In this document: positions 35,701 through 48,287 of the stretch, in pieces
How the letters are laid out: every line of letters starts with the position of its first letter
Position numbering within the stretch: position 1 is the stretch's first letter
Assembly: GCF_018350175.1 (NCBI RefSeq)
Contig: NC_058368.1
Span: 159,032,001-159,096,000, forward strand
DNA from: Felis catus
Lineage: Eukaryota
Direction of reading: 5' to 3'
Length of the DNA: 64,000 nt
Program-made: the position numbers and the translations under genes
Notes under the pieces: model-generated
What the model was told of the DNA's origin: nothing
Database searches by the model: none
What the model saw: only the letters and a program-made list of their open reading frames with translations

Positions 35701-38173
35701 TCCCCACTGTTTCCAATTTGCTCTGTGACCTGCCCTCATTCCAGCAGCTAGACCATGAGACATCCAATGTGTCAAGGCAGTTTTTTTATAGTAGAATTTA
35801 GAGAATAAGTCACTTTTTAAATTTTTGAGTAAAAACACCAAATATAATACAAACACAAGATAAATGAGAACCATGTTTTGCCTGTGTCCCACTAACCACA
35901 TAAAGAATATCCAGACTGGGGAGTGGACAGAAGAAAAAGGGGAAAGAGAGCTGTCAGTCTCTGATAGATTCCTGGAAATGGGTCAGATACAGTTTTTCCC
36001 CCCTCCCATTTTCCACCTTTAATTGCCAAGTCTTAGACAAGGAAAATATCCCCCACCCCAGGTGGACTTGGTGAACTTTGAGCGTAGAATAATCCTATAG
36101 TCTTTGTTGAAACAGATTCTAGGAAATAAAAGGCTCCATGTTTTCTCTTTACCTGAGCATGGTTCAGAAATATCTGTGTGGATGTCTGGGCAAATGGGCC
36201 TGAAGAAGCCCTCTAGAATATTCCTGTGCTCCTGCAGAGCCTAGAGAACAGCAAAAATATTTTTCTGAATGGGAGAAATTAGTATGGCCATGACACAGCC
36301 AATGCAACTGCAAATACCTTGTTTTCAAGACAAGGATGCTATGTGCATGAATGAAAGACCGAAGACTCCCTGCAACACAAACATCTAGTAGTAATGGCAA
36401 GGTGGTACGTACACAGATAATGAATGAAAATGCCCAGATTTCTACCCATATTCTTCATAACCTGTCACTGTAAAAGTTCTAAAGAATTTATCTGGTAACC
36501 CAGGGAAAAGATGAGAAGAGACACTGAAATGACTGTTGTGGCCATTCAGTGATACAGGTGCTTAGAATACAAATTAAGCTTAGTTATAGCAAAGAAAGTT
36601 AAATTTCTTGAATATGTTATTTGGTGGAATTAGATCTTCACTCTGTGTATTTTTATTACATTTATTGTCTTGAACATGTTGTTGGTGTTTCTAGCTCTGG
36701 TAATACATAGTTCCAGATATTTTAAACATCAAAATAGTCCTGAAGCTATCCTTTCAGAAATATACAACTCATGTTGCCCTTGTACATTATGAATAGTGGT
36801 GATGGAAGTTATCTAGTGAAACATCTCTCACCATAATTTCTGGTAGCGATAGTAGTTTGAATTTAATGCTTCTCAGAATCACAGATTATCAAAAGTTCAA
36901 ATGTTGTAAGCTTGCAACTGAAGTGCTAGAGAGATTTTCAACCACTAATTTTCTCACAATTATTTTATACTTTTATCAAAATTTGTCAAGTAGTTAGGAT
37001 TCTTTTTTCATTCCTGTGAAAAGAGAAATAAATACTTTCAGAAAGCAAGAAAAGCACAATGGAATATTTTATCTTTTCTGTTGATAGTTTCAAAATCCTC
37101 AGAGATGAAGAGAGAGCAACAAACATAACACTACACTTATTATGTCCCATTTCTACAAATAAAATTATACCAGAAAAAAACAATTTTAACATTCCTATTT
37201 AATGTCTGCTTTGCTACAACACATCACCTTTCTTAGGGAATATTCCATGAAGGATTGATGGTGGTAGAAATTCTAAGAATGACCATGAAGGTTGTAGAAG
37301 GGAAGGGGCCTGCTCTCTCTGTTAATTATCTCTGTCAACCTTTCTGGTATGACTTCTTTCCCTTGGTCATCCCACCATAATGAAATGTTTTAAAATTTCA
37401 TTTGTTTACTAATAATATTTTTTTTTCACAAAAGAGACAATTACTGTGCTGGAGACAAATTAACTTGACTCTTAAAATTTGATGAAGCAGTTCTTTATTC
37501 ACATTACAAATTTGAAATGTAATCAAAATTAGGTGAAATTAGTTATCCTTCCTTAGAAATTCTTAGGCTAAATAAGATGAAATTTGACTAAATTAAGGGT
37601 AATGGCCTAATTTGATACATAATTAATAAATAAATTTCTGCTGTTCTAAGTTATAAAACTTTGGTTATCTAATAGGTTAGTACTGAGAGAAATATGTTGT
37701 GTCAATCTCTGAGCCATGTTGAAAATTAGCATGATTAATCTGATTACAAATAATTAAATACATAAACCCTAAATTATTTATTCAAGTTTTTCAAAAAGAC
37801 TTACTTGATCTACTGGTTCTTTGTTATTTGGTCAGATTATTTTTGTTACTTTCACTGAAGTAAGTAAAGGTACAAAAAATTCTTTTTGCGAATAATACAG
37901 CGTGTCTTATTAAACAAAGTTATTCAGACGTTCAGATGATGATTTCTGGGTTCTGCTTTCCACAGTTTTTATTTCAGTAGAACATGGTGGAGGGTCAATC
38001 AGGGAACTTGGTTTATTGGGTTCCTTTGCTAGATTCTCATGCAGGTGTACTAGGACATTTTGAGAAATATTGATAAAGAGTCTCCTCAATAATTATTTGT
38101 CTTCTTCTCTTTGTCATCTTAGAGCTCAACCAAAAAATATGTAGTATATTCACAATTAAGTTACTTTAAAGTA

Positions 38174-39012
38174 AGCTTTATTTTTTAGAAGTTTTAAATT
38201 GACATAAAAATTGAGCAAATAGTACAAATTTCCCATCAACTCTGTGCCTAATTTCCCATCATTAACATTTCACATTAATGTGGTACAGGTGTCGTAACTA
38301 ATGAACCAAAGTGGATACATTATTTACTAAATCTGTACTTTCTTTTCAGATATTCTTACTCTTTACCTAATGCCTTTTTTCTGTTTCAGGATCTTATCTA
38401 GGGTACCACATTATATTTAGTTATCCTGTCTCCCTAGACTCCTCTTGGCTGTCTCAGTTTTCTCAGACTTGCCTAGTTTCCTTTGTTTTCTTGTTTTTGT
38501 AGTGTTGGGAAGGGTTTTCCACTTTACAGTTACTCTTTATTTTCCCCTTTCCATATTCTGTGGATGGAAGTACACACTGAAGGTGTGGGTTGTTCTACCT
38601 CCTTAAGACAGGAATATCTACCGAAATTACTTTAATTCTTCTGGACAGGGTATTTATACCTTCTGCCCAATTTATTTAAAGTTTTTATCAGTGTGAGCTT
38701 ACAAGATATTTATTTTATATTTTGGATTATAACCCAATACTACTTTATTTTGTTGGTAAAATTGTCCCAGCTTTGGCCCTTTGGAACTCTTTCAGTTGGT
38801 TCCCATGACCCTTTTAGGTACCCCCATCATTGTTTTGTTTGTTAGTCTTGCTGTTTATTTTATTTAGTATTTCCTTCATTTCTAGCACCACAAGATGGTC
38901 CTGGCTCATCTTGCATATTTCCTACCCAAGTTTTAGAACTAGCCATTTTTCTAACACATTCTGGATCCTTTAACTGGATGGTGGTATTAAAAACCAATAT
39001 CTCAGTGCTAGT
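38174..39012 (-). mobile_element. Old L1 (L1MC/L1MD-type) 3'UTR
   Basis: aaaattgagcaaatagtaca, aactaatgaaccaa, ctgtttcaggatc...taccacattatatttagtt, gtcccagctttggcc, cacaagatggtcctggctcatcttg. Confidence 0.85.
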
Positions 39013-39099
39013 GCACAATTACCTTTTTAAGAAAAAATAATCTTAAATGATGAAGAAGATTAATAAAATTAATTGATAACATTTAAAAATTGTTTAAAA

Positions 39100-39626
39100 C
39101 AGCAAATCTCAAACCTTTTTTTTCTCATGATACATTAAAAATTATTAAGGACCTCCAAAAACTCTGGTTTATCTTGGTTACATGTATTCATATTTACTGA
39201 ATTACAAAGAAAAATGAGACATTTAAAATATTTAATAGTCATTTTAAATGAAATAATCCCAACACTTGTAGAAACAAAAACAATATCAAGAATAGTGTCA
39301 TTACTTCACATTTTGAATGTCTTTTTAATGTCTGTCTTAATAGGAAAAAGCTGGATTATCAAACATGCTTCTACATTCAGTCTGTTGCAGTTTGTTGTTT
39401 TGTTTAGTCTATGAAGAAAATATAGCCTCACACAGATAAGTAATTAGAAACAACTATTTTAATGACCTTTTCAAATAATTTTGAATATATCATGTAACTT
39501 CTGGAAAGTCTACCATCTCTTCATGAGAGAATGAGGAGATAAATAATATCTTAGTATTACTGTAAATAGAGTTTTGACCTTGTGTACTCTGAAAAGTCTC
39601 ACGTACTCACACGTTTAGAGCTGTTG
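39100..39626 (-). mobile_element. Charlie1-family hAT internal-deletion derivative
   Basis: cag...tg termini; aaattattaaggacctccaaaaactc, gctggattatcaaacatgcttctacattca, atgagagaatgag...tcttagtatta...gttttgacct; similar 8-bp flanks gtttaaaa / gtcttaaa. Confidence 0.8.
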
Positions 39627-40440
39627 GTCTTAAATACAGAAGAAGGAAAATAAGGGTCTACAAATTGAGTCTTGTAATCTTATTCACTGTCCGTTTATTA
39701 ATCAGTGATAATTTTCACAGGATGACTTTTAATTTACTTCATTGATAGAGGAGGAATTGGCATAAACCCTGTACAGTTAGTGGTAAAATATTACACTAAC
39801 TGCCAATGTAAAGTTAGACAAAGCAAGTATAATTAAATAATTTATGATCTGACAATTCATCTTCACTTGGTCTAATTTTCTCTCTTACGCTTTTTCCATT
39901 TACTTTCTTCCTATTTGCACATTGTAACTTGTTTTACTGTCACATTCTCAGTTTGGTTTAGGGCAGCTGTGTGACATGTCTGATGAGGGGTCACTTGGAG
40001 GCATTTCTTATGCTTTGCATTGACCATCAATCAGCCATGATGAATGCTCGTGTGAGCAATTTCCACCATGAAAACACCTTGTGGGCACTTGAGAGTGAGA
40101 GAGGAAAGGCAGGTTTGGCAAGAATGAGGAGACAAGAGAGCCCGCCAATTTTCTAAATTTGTTGCTCTGCTGGAATGATTGTGAGAGATGATGGATGACT
40201 GATATCACTCTCAAGTGTCTTTTATCCCTTAGGATAATTTTGCCAATTTTCCGGTGAACTTAAATGTCCACAGATGTTTGAGATGAAACCTGCTGATTTG
40301 TAACTCAAAGGCTTTAACTGCCAAATTGTTGGAGAATGTCAATGGAAACTGGCAACTTGACTACAATTTCAGCAAAAGACCACTGAGTGTCCTGAAGATA
40401 CTCTTGTAATTTGTTACTGGCACAAATGTCAAGTTTAATG

Positions 40441-40482
<42 letters not shown>
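40441..40482. repeat. Compound (AT)n(AC)n(AT)n microsatellite
   Basis: Read directly. Confidence 0.95.
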
Positions 40483-41155
40483 TTTAGTAGATGAAGAGTA
40501 AGAATGGAATGTTCAGTGTTGTTCAGTGAGTGCTCTCAGCTCACAATTGGTGAATGTATGCTACATCCTGTGCTTTGCTGTTGATATTCTTTAACTCAAG
40601 GAAAAAAATGTTAAGAGGTTAGTTCAAAATTTTGCTGTGTTTTACATTCATAAGAATGTGAATGCTGAAAACTAATTTTAAAGAACATGGAATACTTTTT
40701 TTAGAAAAGTGGTTATCACTCATGTGAAATATATGAAATGAATATGAGCTATAATGAAAAAGGATGCCTGTGTAGTTAAAATATTGCTCTGAAATTTGTT
40801 GAAAAATAAATTGGCATCTCTGTATCCCTCTGATATGCAGACCTCATCACACTCCTTCTTTCCTTACTGCTCTGTTAGTCCTTTAGGAAGACTGTTAAAT
40901 GTTTGGTGAAAAGAAGACTTGATTTTGTTTCCCCTTTACATCCTCCATTAAACACATTAAATATTTTAACTATGGGTCAACCCTTTTATGAAGAATACAA
41001 ATAGGGAAACTTTATATTCAGATTTTAAAACATTTATAGTCTGAATTTCATAGTGAGTTATTCTTTAGTTGTACTTGTTTCTGAAAGATCCATGCTAATT
41101 CATTCTTTGTTGTCCTTTTAACATACTAATAAACATATTTACCCATGAGCTTAGC

Positions 41156-41244
41156 CAGTATTTCTCAATTTGATTGCATACTCAATTTGATTGCATTCAG
41201 TTTGATTGAATACCTGGTAACTTAAAAAAATATAAATATATATA

Positions 41245-41310
<66 letters not shown>

Positions 41311-41412
41311 CTATTCAGATCCAATGAATCAGAATCCCTCAGAGCAGGGTATTAATATGTTTTAGAAATTGTCCAAGTGATTGTAATACACAACTACAGT
41401 TGAAAATCACTG
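41156..41412. mobile_element. MER5B-like hAT MITE containing (TA)24
   Basis: TIR-like ends cagtatttctcaa / ttgaaaatcactg; internal tgaatcagaatc and ccaagtgattgtaata; TA run 41261-41308. Confidence 0.78.
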
Positions 41413-41420
41413 GTTTAGGC

Positions 41421-41560
41421 TATAGATGACAAATAAGTTTTTGCCAATGAATTGTTAATAGATATATAGAGAACTATGTTAAGAATGATTCCAAGGTCGT
41501 GTTTAGGCTCAAGGTAAGAATCTGGTGATGCAGTCATGATGTCACCAAGGGTTCTAGAGA
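41421..41560. mobile_element. Short hAT remnant (Charlie4z-like)
   Basis: actatgttaagaatgattccaaggtc...ggctcaaggtaagaatc resembles a recalled ctgtgttgagaaggattctgaggcc...gggctcagcgggaaagag motif. Confidence 0.4.
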
Positions 41561-42399
41561 AGAGAGTAGTTGCTCATGTATTATGTTCTTATCACCTCTT
41601 ATCATGGCTGCCTTTCAATTTCTTTCCTAATGAGTGTTTAGTTCATTCATATTTCTCTGGTCTCTATCCAATTATGGGGTAAACCATGTATATTTCATAA
41701 TATTGATATGAGAAATTTTATTTTCTATAAATTTTGCTAGTAGTTTTCCAAAAGAATGGATTGTAAGATTAAGGGCACACACACTTCATGTATTTGCCAA
41801 AGGGAGCATTTATTATGACCACAGTAAAGTAGATCTTTTTTTTTTTGTCATGACAGTTGCCAATATATATATTGATAGTTAAACATTATGAACTCAGAAG
41901 TGAAGGGGAAAAATATTTATATTGCCAGTTGTATTCTACTTTGTGACTTCTGTTTGTTACTTAACAGACATGAACATTCATTTTATTTTATATTACGTAG
42001 AGCTAACATCATGTATTTCATAATGAGAATGTTGTGAGAATCCTATGACTCATGTTGTATATTTATAAAGTGTTTTGTACAGAATAGCTCCTCAGAAAAC
42101 AAATCAACCAATTTTAGTTATTATTATTTGCATATGGATCATCTTATTGTCTATAGAAATTTATCAACTCAGTTTGAGTATCTCAGCTATCATACTTCAT
42201 ATTCCCTACCTACTTCTAAGCAATCACCTTATGCACAAAATATAAAACCTTGAAGGGGGATTATAATATGCTACAGAAAAACCTCACCACTACCAAAACC
42301 AGAATTACTGGGTAACTAATTAAAATCATACAGCAAGCCAGTGACAAAATCAAGATTCAGTAGCAGGTTGATCTAGATCTACTTTAAGTTAGCTGATAC

Positions 42400-42560
42400 A
42401 CAACATTTTACAATTTACAAAGCCTGTTGATACATATTATCTCATTTGATACTTCAAACAATCTGAGGTAGGTATTATTGAGCTCATTTTATAGATGAAT
42501 AAACAGGTTCAGAAAATTAAAATGTTTTTTCCAGCTGGCTCAGGTAATTTAAATTGAATT
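42400..42560 (-). mobile_element. MIR remnant
   Basis: acatattatctcatttgatacttcaaacaatctgaggtaggtattatt...cattttatagatgaataaacaggttcaga. Confidence 0.85.
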
Positions 42561-43999
42561 ATAATTATTAAAAATATAGCTGTAGTGTCACAGATTTCCT
42601 GTTTCCACAATGAAATATTTTCCTTAGTATTTTTTCAGATTAAATGAGTTTAAAAAAGCATTATATATAAATTCAAGATGATATATACTTTTAGATTATC
42701 ATAATCTTAGTGAAAAAAAACTGAAATTGATAGAGTTTACTTTTGTTGTACAGATTCTATTTTGAGATATTATTTGTTGTTTTTTATAAACTTATAAACT
42801 TGCTTGTAAAAGTTGCAGAATGATGGACGTTATATTTCTGATGGTGATTTAAGTGAGCTATCTTGTCTACTTGGAAAAAAAAAAGAGAAAACTTTGGAAT
42901 GAACAAATACTCCCATTCCAAACTCAGCTAGTTGAAATTACCTTGTGTGGAGAGAATATTTCTTTCCTTTTTCAAAGGATGACCATTACCACTTATATTT
43001 ACAGTGAAGATTTGTAGTTTTGTGAGATGTTATCATATCCTGTATACTACAGGTGTTAAACATTTAAAGGTCAACATTTCAAAGAAATGTCTAAATTTCT
43101 ATGCCCAATAGTGTTTGCATATGTTTTCTCATGCCCTTGAATTAGCCATGCATGCAGAAAACGCATGTGCAAACCATATGGCAAGAGATCTATGTGTCAC
43201 TTCTAAGAATCTCTTTCTGTAAGGGTCTGGATTTCACACAAGCACAGTCACAGTTGAAGACTATGAGGACTTAGATTCCCAAATGCCTGACCAAACTAAA
43301 TCATTGAATTTATTTTTAGAATATGAGAGTAGATTCTGTATGCGTGAGTGACTCAGAACATCAGGCACAGAAGCAGAATGTTAACTCTTTTGGGAACTAT
43401 GTATTAAATGATATCTAAATGTATTCCCCACCCCACCCCCCCCCCCCCAAATATCTTAGGTAATAATAAAAACTCCAACAGAAATGCAGAGACAGGAAGT
43501 TAGTTGACTTGCTCCTTTTTTTTTTTTTTTAATGGAACTAAATGGGAGATCTATGCTTTGAGGAAACATAGCAAGTATAGCTGAGGGATAATGTATTTGA
43601 TTTTTCCTTACTAGTTATGCACTTTCTTGTTTGCCATAGGCCCTACCACTTCCTTTCGTGTTACACTCTGTCCAGGACACGTATTTAGGCTGTTAGTCTA
43701 GCTCTTCCTGGCATTTGAATTTTAACTCCTGTGGGTGGCCAGGCTCATAGTCCTCCACAACACTCACCCCACTTTATACCCCATGCATTCTGAAACCAAA
43801 TTAGTTTGGCTCAAGTTTCTGCACCCAGAATAAGTTTATCATCCTTTTATAGTCTCTTGATCTTCTACAAACAATAGGATGTGGCATTATATATGTCCTA
43901 ACTAACACACAGAGTTGACTGAAATTAAGAAACTTTTTCATTTTAATGTTGTGTCATGCCACCATTGTTTATCTATTTTATCAAACACTCTCATTTAAA

Positions 44000-44800
44000 A
44001 TACATTAATTGCTTACGTTTATTAAGTGTTTAATCTGGTTAGCCATGTACTTGGCATGAGAGAGAGGGCAAGATTTATATAATGCAGTCATTGGGGCTCC
44101 TGGGTAGCTCAGTCGGTTAAGCATCCGACTTTGTCTCAGGTCATGATCTCATGATTCTTGAGTTCAAGCCCTTCATCTGGCTCTGTGCTGACATCTCAGA
44201 GCCTGGAGCCTACTTCAGATTCTGTGTCTCCCTCTCTTTGCCCCTCCCCGACTAGCACTCTGTCTCTCTCTCAAAAATAAAAAAAAAATAAACTTTTTAA
44301 AATAGTGCAATCAAGGAGGCCTCATTGAAAATATGACATTGCAACTGTTACTTGGATCATGTGAGGGACTTAACCATGTGGCTATTTGGGAGGGATTATT
44401 CCAGAAAGTAGCAGCCTGACAGAATGTCTTAAGGTGATAGCATCTCTGATGTAACCAGGGAATAGCATAAGTTCCTTGTGTTTCCAGCAGAGTGACTGAT
44501 GGAGAAGTACATGAAGTCAGAGAGGTAGAAGTGTGTATACAAGTAGCAGATTGGGTAGACTCTTAAAGATGATTATTAGAATTATAGTTTTTACTCTAAC
44601 AAATAAAATGATTAAGTTTTGACCACAAGATTGACATACTGTTAATTATGCTATAAAGAGAGCAACTTAAACTTCTTTTGAGAACAGACTATAGTGCTAC
44701 ATTGGTACTACAGGAAGACCAGGTAGGAGACTTTTTCAGGAATCCATCATCTCAGCTAAGAGATGATGGTGGCACACTGGGGAGGTATTAATGAAGAAGT
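44000..44800 (-). mobile_element. L2 remnant split by a CAN-SINE
   Basis: tttattaagtgtttaatc...ggaggcctcattgaaaatatgacatt...atgaagtcagagaggtag...ggaagaccaggtaggagact...agagatgatggtggc. Confidence 0.75.
44093..44301 (+). mobile_element. CAN-SINE
   Basis: ggggctcctgggtagctcagtcggttaagc head; near-TSD ataatgcagtca / atagtgcaatca. Confidence 0.95.
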
Positions 44801-45297
44801 AATAATACTTAGGAGTCTATGATATTTTGACCTGGGACTTCGTTTATCCTCTTATCCTTGCCCTTCTAGCTTGAGTAGGGCATTATTCAGGACATATCCA
44901 GTCTTCTAATCTAAGTCTCAAGCATCAAACATGAATATGCATGCTTCAGTGATTTTAGACCTGATTTAAACTGTGGAATTCTTAACAAATTTCCCTTATT
45001 TCTACATCATAATGTTGAAAAAAAATGGAAGGTAAAAATCAGAAGTCAAAATTACATGTCTGTTTTGGTGGTACCAGAGTGCTGAGGATAACTAACAAAA
45101 TGCTGATTCTTTAAATACCTTTTTAATATGCTATATATTTGTGGACATGTAAAGTATTACAAACTAAATTATTCCTGGAATAAAAACATTTGATATGGAA
45201 GTGTCAGTCAATCAATTAGCCAGTATTCATTGAATGTTTACTATTTCTCAGCTTAAGTTACAGATGATAAGAACTACAGAAAAATTCAAATTGTAAC

Positions 45298-47527
45298 CTG
45301 TGGCTGGGTAGTTCTTTTGCTGCCTTTACCTGGGCTCACTCATGCAGCTGCACCCTTGCAGCTAGAATACTGTCTGGGGCCTGGTTTCAGCTAAGACAAC
45401 TCCGATGGCTTGCTCTTTCCACATGTGGTGTTTGAATACTCTTGAAGGCTAGACTCTGCTTCCTCACATAGTGGGAGCAATGTTTACAGAGCTCAAGTCA
45501 CAAATGCAAGTGCTTATCAAGCCTCTGCTTGCATTATATGTGCTGATGTCAGAATGGCAAAAGTGAATATCATGAGGGAGAGGATCTCATGAGATTATTG
45601 TTACAGAAATGTATGATTCATTGAGTTCCCTTTTAATAACAATCTGCCATATTCCAACTTCCAGCTGCAGTGATTCTTATCTTTCCCATACACAAAATAT
45701 ACTCATCAGTTTCTAAACACCCATGGCTTCATCCAGTCATAATATCAGTGAAGAAACCCATGATCTGCTAAACAGAATCAGGTCTGGATATGGATGAGGC
45801 ATTTGGGGTGGAACTCCTTTTGATCCAGATACTCATGACCTAAAAGAACAAGCTATTTGCCCTCACATTCTTCTTTTTTTTTTTTTTTAACATTTATTTA
45901 TTATTGAGAAAGAGCACGAGCATGGGAGGGGCAGAGAGAGGAGGAGACACAGAATACAAAGCAGGCTCCAGGCTCTGAGCTGTGAACACAGAACCCGAAA
46001 CGGAACTTAAACTCACAAACCGGGAGATCATGACCTGAGCCAAAGTCGGATGCTTAGCTGACTGAGCCACCCAGGCACCCAGCCCTCACATTCTTCACAT
46101 AGAACAATGAATCAGAAAGAGGGAACAGCAATTGACACTCCCATTCAAAAAGAAGAAGAAAGAGAACATGGCAGTTAATTCAGCATTGCAATTCTAAAAG
46201 CTGGGTAGGCACTGGTTATCATGGATCCCCATGCTAGGGATGAGGAATGTTTCTTGCTTAGGGCACAGTTCTCCCTGGGAGTCATTCTCTAAAGCATTTT
46301 TCTCTGTTGCTTTTGGATCTCATCTCTGAGAGCTTGATTCTGTATGAGACATCTGACTTTTTTTTTTAATGGGAATAACCTGTATTTGTAGGTTAACAGC
46401 TTTCTCGGCTCGTTGCTCTTATTAAACTGGGGAGCCACAGGCTCCTTTTCCTTTTAAACTGTCTCTATCACTTTTAGTCCAAACTGATACATTTCCTTAA
46501 AAATGTTGTGATCTTTCTATATGTTAGATGGAAGTTCATTCAATGCTCTTGAAGCCACATCTACAATTACTTTAAAGGTAGACCTCTTTTATTATTTTAG
46601 ACCTACAGTGACAATGCTTATATGATTCTTAGAAGCCTTTTTTGTCTAGATGAGAATGTCTATTAGGCATCCCCTTAACGCTTTTTGAGGTCTTAACAAA
46701 GGGTCTTACAGCCGCATTGCTGATTTGATAATTACCTTAAAGTCATATATTTCTTTGAGAATCCTTTGCTGATAGACTGAATATGTGAAATAGTTTTATT
46801 TTCCAGCCAAGCAACTTCTTTGTCCGTTTTCTAAATTTACCTTGCAAAGTGAAATTCCTTTTTAGTGCCCTTTTCTCCTCTCTTACTCTATCGTATATAG
46901 CTAAAAGGACAATTGACACTTTCAACATTCTGCATAGAATTGTTTGCCAGATCGACAAGTCTATTACTGAATCATTGAGCATATTCTCTGTCTTCCAAAT
47001 ATTGCAGAAAAGTTTTATTATTGCTTCAGAGCTGCATCTTTCTAACCTCTAATAGCAGATTCTTCATTCCTCCAGCATCCACTACCACACAGTCCCAAAG
47101 CCAGTACCACAGTTTTTAGGTTTGTGTCACATCAGCTGTCTAATTCTGGTACAAATTTCTAAATCAATTCTCTGTTTCTTCAAGCAATGAAAAAAAAAAT
47201 GATTTCTTACAATTATGTGTGTTGGCTTGGTGATTTTTCTTTAGCCTTACCTTGTTTTCAATCATGCAGGTTCATTCAGTTAGAGTGTCTGTTGGGAGCT
47301 CAGCTTGGCTGGGATGGCTGCCTTCCTCTCCATGTGGTCTTTGATACTTTAGAAGGGTAGAATGGGCGTCTTTACCTGCTGGCAGTAGTACTTCATGAAG
47401 GCAAGCCCCTGAGTGTATGTGCTTTTCACACTGGCCTAAGGAAACCAATGATCAAGTCCATGTCAGACAACATTTGGATACTGGGAAATGTGATTCATTG
47501 GACTCCATTAGCATAATGGTGTGCTAT
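45298..47527 (-). mobile_element. MaLR (MLT1G-like) element with two LTRs (~45298-45651 and ~47160-47527) and internal region
   Basis: The two LTRs share motifs (ccacatgtggt / ccatgtggt; gaaggctagact / gaagggtagaat; gaaatgtatgattcattg / gaaatgtgattcattg). Internal MaLR landmarks: cccatacacaaaatatactca, cactcccattcaaaaag, and ctggtacaaatttc next to the right LTR. Confidence 0.8.
45874..46081 (-). mobile_element. CAN-SINE inside the MaLR internal region
   Basis: 15-bp TSD gccctcacattcttc at 45859-45873 and 46082-46096. Confidence 0.96.
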
Positions 47528-47807
47528 GTGATCTATCTTTTATTCCTAATAATATAACAAAGCTGGGCTATGTTATTATATAGAATCTTATAATAGATGA
47601 TAAAAAATCAAATTTCTTAAAAGCCAGGCACTATATTTTGATATTACTTATTCCTATAAGGAAATGACTTCTGTTGTCAAACTGAACATCTTTCCTATCA
47701 CAAAGATACTACTCCTTGTTTAATACAGATTACTTTTCCTAGAGTATTTTAAAAGGGAAAATAAATCTCAATTCACTTTTTGATCATTGTTTCTAAATTT
47801 TCTCTTT

Positions 47808-48001
47808 GATTTAAAATTTTTTGAGTGAGAGGAAGAGAGAGTGTGAACTGGAGAGGAGCAGAGAGAGAGATGGAGACAGAGGAACCAAAGCTGGCTCTGC
47901 ACTGACAGCAGAAACCCCTAGATGGGGCTTGAACTCACAAACCATGAGATCGTGATCTGAGTGAAGTTGGAAGTTCATCCAACTGAGCCACTCAGGCATC
48001 C
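47808..48001 (-). mobile_element. CAN-SINE
   Basis: 15-bp TSD ctaaattttctcttt at 47793-47807 and 48002-48016. Confidence 0.95.
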
Positions 48002-48148
48002 CTAAATTTTCTCTTTTAATATGGGCACTTATTTCTGTTGAATTAAGAATGTCTAATAGCAGTCAAGCAACCAGTGTACTTTGACTTTGTGCCTCAGATT
48101 AAATAAAAGGAATGACAGTTTTTATGATTTTTATTAACATATTTAAAT

Positions 48149-48287
48149 CTCATTTTTCTTCTCCCATAGAATGGAGATGATAATAGTATCTATCTTATGG
48201 GATCATTGTAAAAATTAAAGTAGTGCATGTGAGTGCTTTGCAGCACATTGTTGAGAGTAGGTGCTCATTAAATAGAAATTATGTTAA
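48149..48287 (+). mobile_element. MIR 3' half
   Basis: atagaatggagatgataatagtatctatcttatggg...gcatgtgagtgctttgca...agtaggtgctcattaaat. Confidence 0.8.

Noticed and set aside
43426..43448. C-rich run (G-quadruplex-capable on the - strand)
   Set aside because: It is an isolated homopolymer-like tract with no promoter or CpG-island context, and its length is prone to sequencing error.
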